NCBI GenBank assembly: GCA_002104905.1 | Contig: MCFE01000787.1 | Location: 1 to 36,177 of the forward strand | Direction of reading: 5' to 3' | Length of the DNA: 36,177 bases | Source of the DNA: Basidiobolus meristosporus CBS 931.73 | Lineage: Eukaryota; Fungi; Basidiobolomycota | The notes under the pieces: model-generated | Databases searched by the model: none | Told to the model about the DNA's origin: nothing | What the model saw: only the letters and a program-made list of their open reading frames with translations | Shown here: piece by piece, positions 34,501 through 36,177 of the stretch | How positions within the stretch are numbered: position 1 is the stretch's first letter | Layout: the number at the start of each line of letters is the position of its first letter | Translations under genes and position numbers: made by a program

Positions 34501-34944
34501 TACACCAAGAGCTTGGTTGCTCGTCGCTTCGAGGCCAACAAATTCTTCGACAAGGCCTCGATCCATCTTCACGTACCCGAGGGGGCCACCCCCAAGGACG
34601 GGCCATCTGCTGGTGTCACCATGGCCACAGCACTGCTTTCCCTCGCTTTGAACAAGCCGGTTCTCCCTACGGTTGCCATGACCGGGGAATTGACCCTCAC
34701 CGGCAAGGTGCTGAAGATCGGTGGGCTCAAGGAGAAGACCATTGCTGCCAAACGAAGCGGTGTTACAAGAATCATCTTCCCTAAGGCCAATTTGCCCGAC
34801 TGGGAAGAGTTGCCGGAGAACATCCGTGAAGGCATCGAGGGATACCCTGTTGAGTGGTACGAAGAGATCCCAACACTGGTAGGCTTGGTGTCTGAGGAAG
34901 AATGGACCGGCACAAAGTACCAACGCCCTACGGTCGGACGTTGA
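31581..34944 (+). CDS. PIM1: Mitochondrial Lon protease (AAA+ serine protease), 2 exons, ~1102 aa
   Basis: Exons 31581-34320 and 34376-34944; 55-bp intron GTAAGT...CCCAG, joining WTSMG|GSSLYIE. Lon N-domain [16 protein letters not shown], Walker [10 protein letters not shown], Walker B ILIDEVDK, catalytic Ser in PKDGPSAG and Lys in IGGLKEK. Arg/Ser-rich presequence. Confidence 0.97.
31900..32130 (+). repeat. Asn/Gly/Lys low-complexity tract in Lon, built from AAC/GGC codon repeats
   Basis: [53 protein letters not shown], with an (AACGGC)n run at ~31995-32018. Confidence 0.85.
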
Positions 34945-35330
34945 ACCAATCTTTAAATTCATATATATATATGCATCAAGCGAGACAATCTCTTAACCTT
35001 ACTTTCATTTCACAAAGTACATTCTCTTTCTTCACTATCTAATAAAATGCCTCCCAAAATGCTCGTCTTATTCCCAATTCTCTCTCTGGTGGTGGTCGAT
35101 TTGCCAACATTCGAAATGGATTGTGCCAAATAGATCTACGAATCGGTTCCCAGCTCGCATTATGATTGATATTCGCTCTGGATGGCGCCATTCCATTCAA
35201 CATCACCACCGCTGGCTTCGAGCTTGTCGCATCGGGATTCGTGATCATATCTTGCCTCAGATATTGCGAGATGCGGGCACTACGGGTATAAATAGTGTAG
35301 GTAGGAGAGTCGATACCACAACTATCGACC

Positions 35331-36177
35331 ATGGCCACTTCTACTTCTATCCAAGGAAACACCATCAGCAGCACCGCTAAAGGCGGCCTTGTAGTCAAAG
35401 GCGAATACATTCGCGGGTTCAACGCCGATCCCCAGTACAAGTCCCTTTTGGATGCAGCCACGAAGCGAACTGATCTGACCCCTTCCATTGGGACGGAGCT
35501 AGAGGGAGTTCAGCTTGCAGAGCTTACAGATGCCCAGCTTGAAGATCTCCTTGCCTTGACAGCCGAACGCGGGGTTGTCTTCTTCAGGAATCAAAACTTG
35601 AACCAGCAGGAGTCGCTAGAACTTGGAAACAGTTAGGTGAGTCCGAAGTTTCTTTTTGACGGCCGTTTTAACGAGCTCTTGTCTCACCTCTATGCTAGGC
35701 CCACTTCATGTCCACCCGTTTATTCCCTCGCCTGATGGGCAACTCAGCTGTTGATTCCTGACGCTTCAGGCAGGCGTGACATCTATGACGAGGAAATCAA
35801 TCGAAAGGGTGGTTGGCACAGCGATATCTCATTCGAGAGGTACCAGCGTCCATCTCGATCCTACAGCTTAAAGCAGTCCCACCAACTGGGGGAGACACAT
35901 TATGGTCGAACGCTTATGCACTCTATGATAAGCTTTCTCCTGAATTTCAACGGTTTCTTGAGACCCTTACTGGTGTTCATAGTGGCGAAGGATTCATCAG
36001 GCTCGCAGAGAGAAGTGGTCAGCCGCTACTACGACCAATCCCCACCCACACTGAACATCCTATTGTCCGTACCAACCCACTAACCAAACAAAAAGGTCTC
36101 TTTGTTAACGCAACATTTACCAAGTCCATCAAAGAGTTGAATCCAGTCGAATCTGATCTGGTTCTGGGTTTCCTGTT
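35331..36177 (+). CDS. TauD/TfdA-family Fe(II)/2-oxoglutarate dioxygenase, 3'-truncated by the window end, with four apparent 1-nt deletions
   Basis: DLTPSIGTELEGVQL..AERGVVFFRNQ; intron 35637-35698 (GTGAGT...GCTAG); GPLHVHP; GGWHSDISFE (HxD iron ligands); PPTGGDTLWSNAYALYDKLSPEFQRFLE; EHPIVRTNPLTKQKGLFVN. Reading through needs +1 nt at ~35629, ~35744, ~35844 and ~36042. Confidence 0.85.

Noticed and set aside
31852-34962. Long antisense or alternate-frame ORFs over PIM1 (e.g. 33165-33689, 34360-34962)
   Set aside because: Typical by-products of GC-rich, codon-biased coding sequence on the opposite strand.
35039-35488. 149-aa minus-strand ORF overlapping the TauD start
   Set aside because: It overlaps a clear gene on the other strand, has a non-ATG start and shows no motif.
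1-36177. rRNA, tRNA genes, CRISPR arrays or prokaryotic systems
   Set aside because: None seen. Spliceosomal introns, LTR elements and mitochondrial presequences show this is eukaryotic (fungal) nuclear DNA.

Overview
Fungal genomic window with two sharply different halves. Positions ~1-29,100 are a CpG-stripped stack of nested, decayed transposons whose insertion order can be read from target-site duplications (TSDs). An old minus-strand Ty3/gypsy element (gypsy-B) was split by a CACTA/CMC-type DNA transposon (CMC-1, 141-18966, TSD TCC). CMC-1 hosts a second copy of its own family (CMC-2, 3215-9018, TSD TAT) and a full-length Ty3/gypsy element (gypsy-A, 9646-17191, TSD AACAG). Gypsy-A in turn carries an 804-bp solo LTR (TSD CCGT). 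A third, more diverged copy (CMC-3, 20866-28397) contains a truncated gypsy-C. This CMC family carries two head-to-head genes: a Transposase_21-type transposase and an unrecognised ~750-codon ORF2. Positions ~29,500-36,177 are ordinary CpG-rich gene space: mitochondrial processing peptidase alpha (MAS2), mitochondrial Lon protease (PIM1), and a TauD-family dioxygenase that is cut off by the window end and has four single-base frameshifts. The most interesting signals are: near-total loss of CpG in TCG/CGA context restricted to repeats (RIP-like), the divergent two-gene CMC family, a ~445-codon unexplained reading frame after the gypsy-A integrase, and two exact TTAGGG repeats at a deletion junction. 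All alignments and counts are manual; no database search was run, and the host lineage cannot be fixed from the sequence alone.
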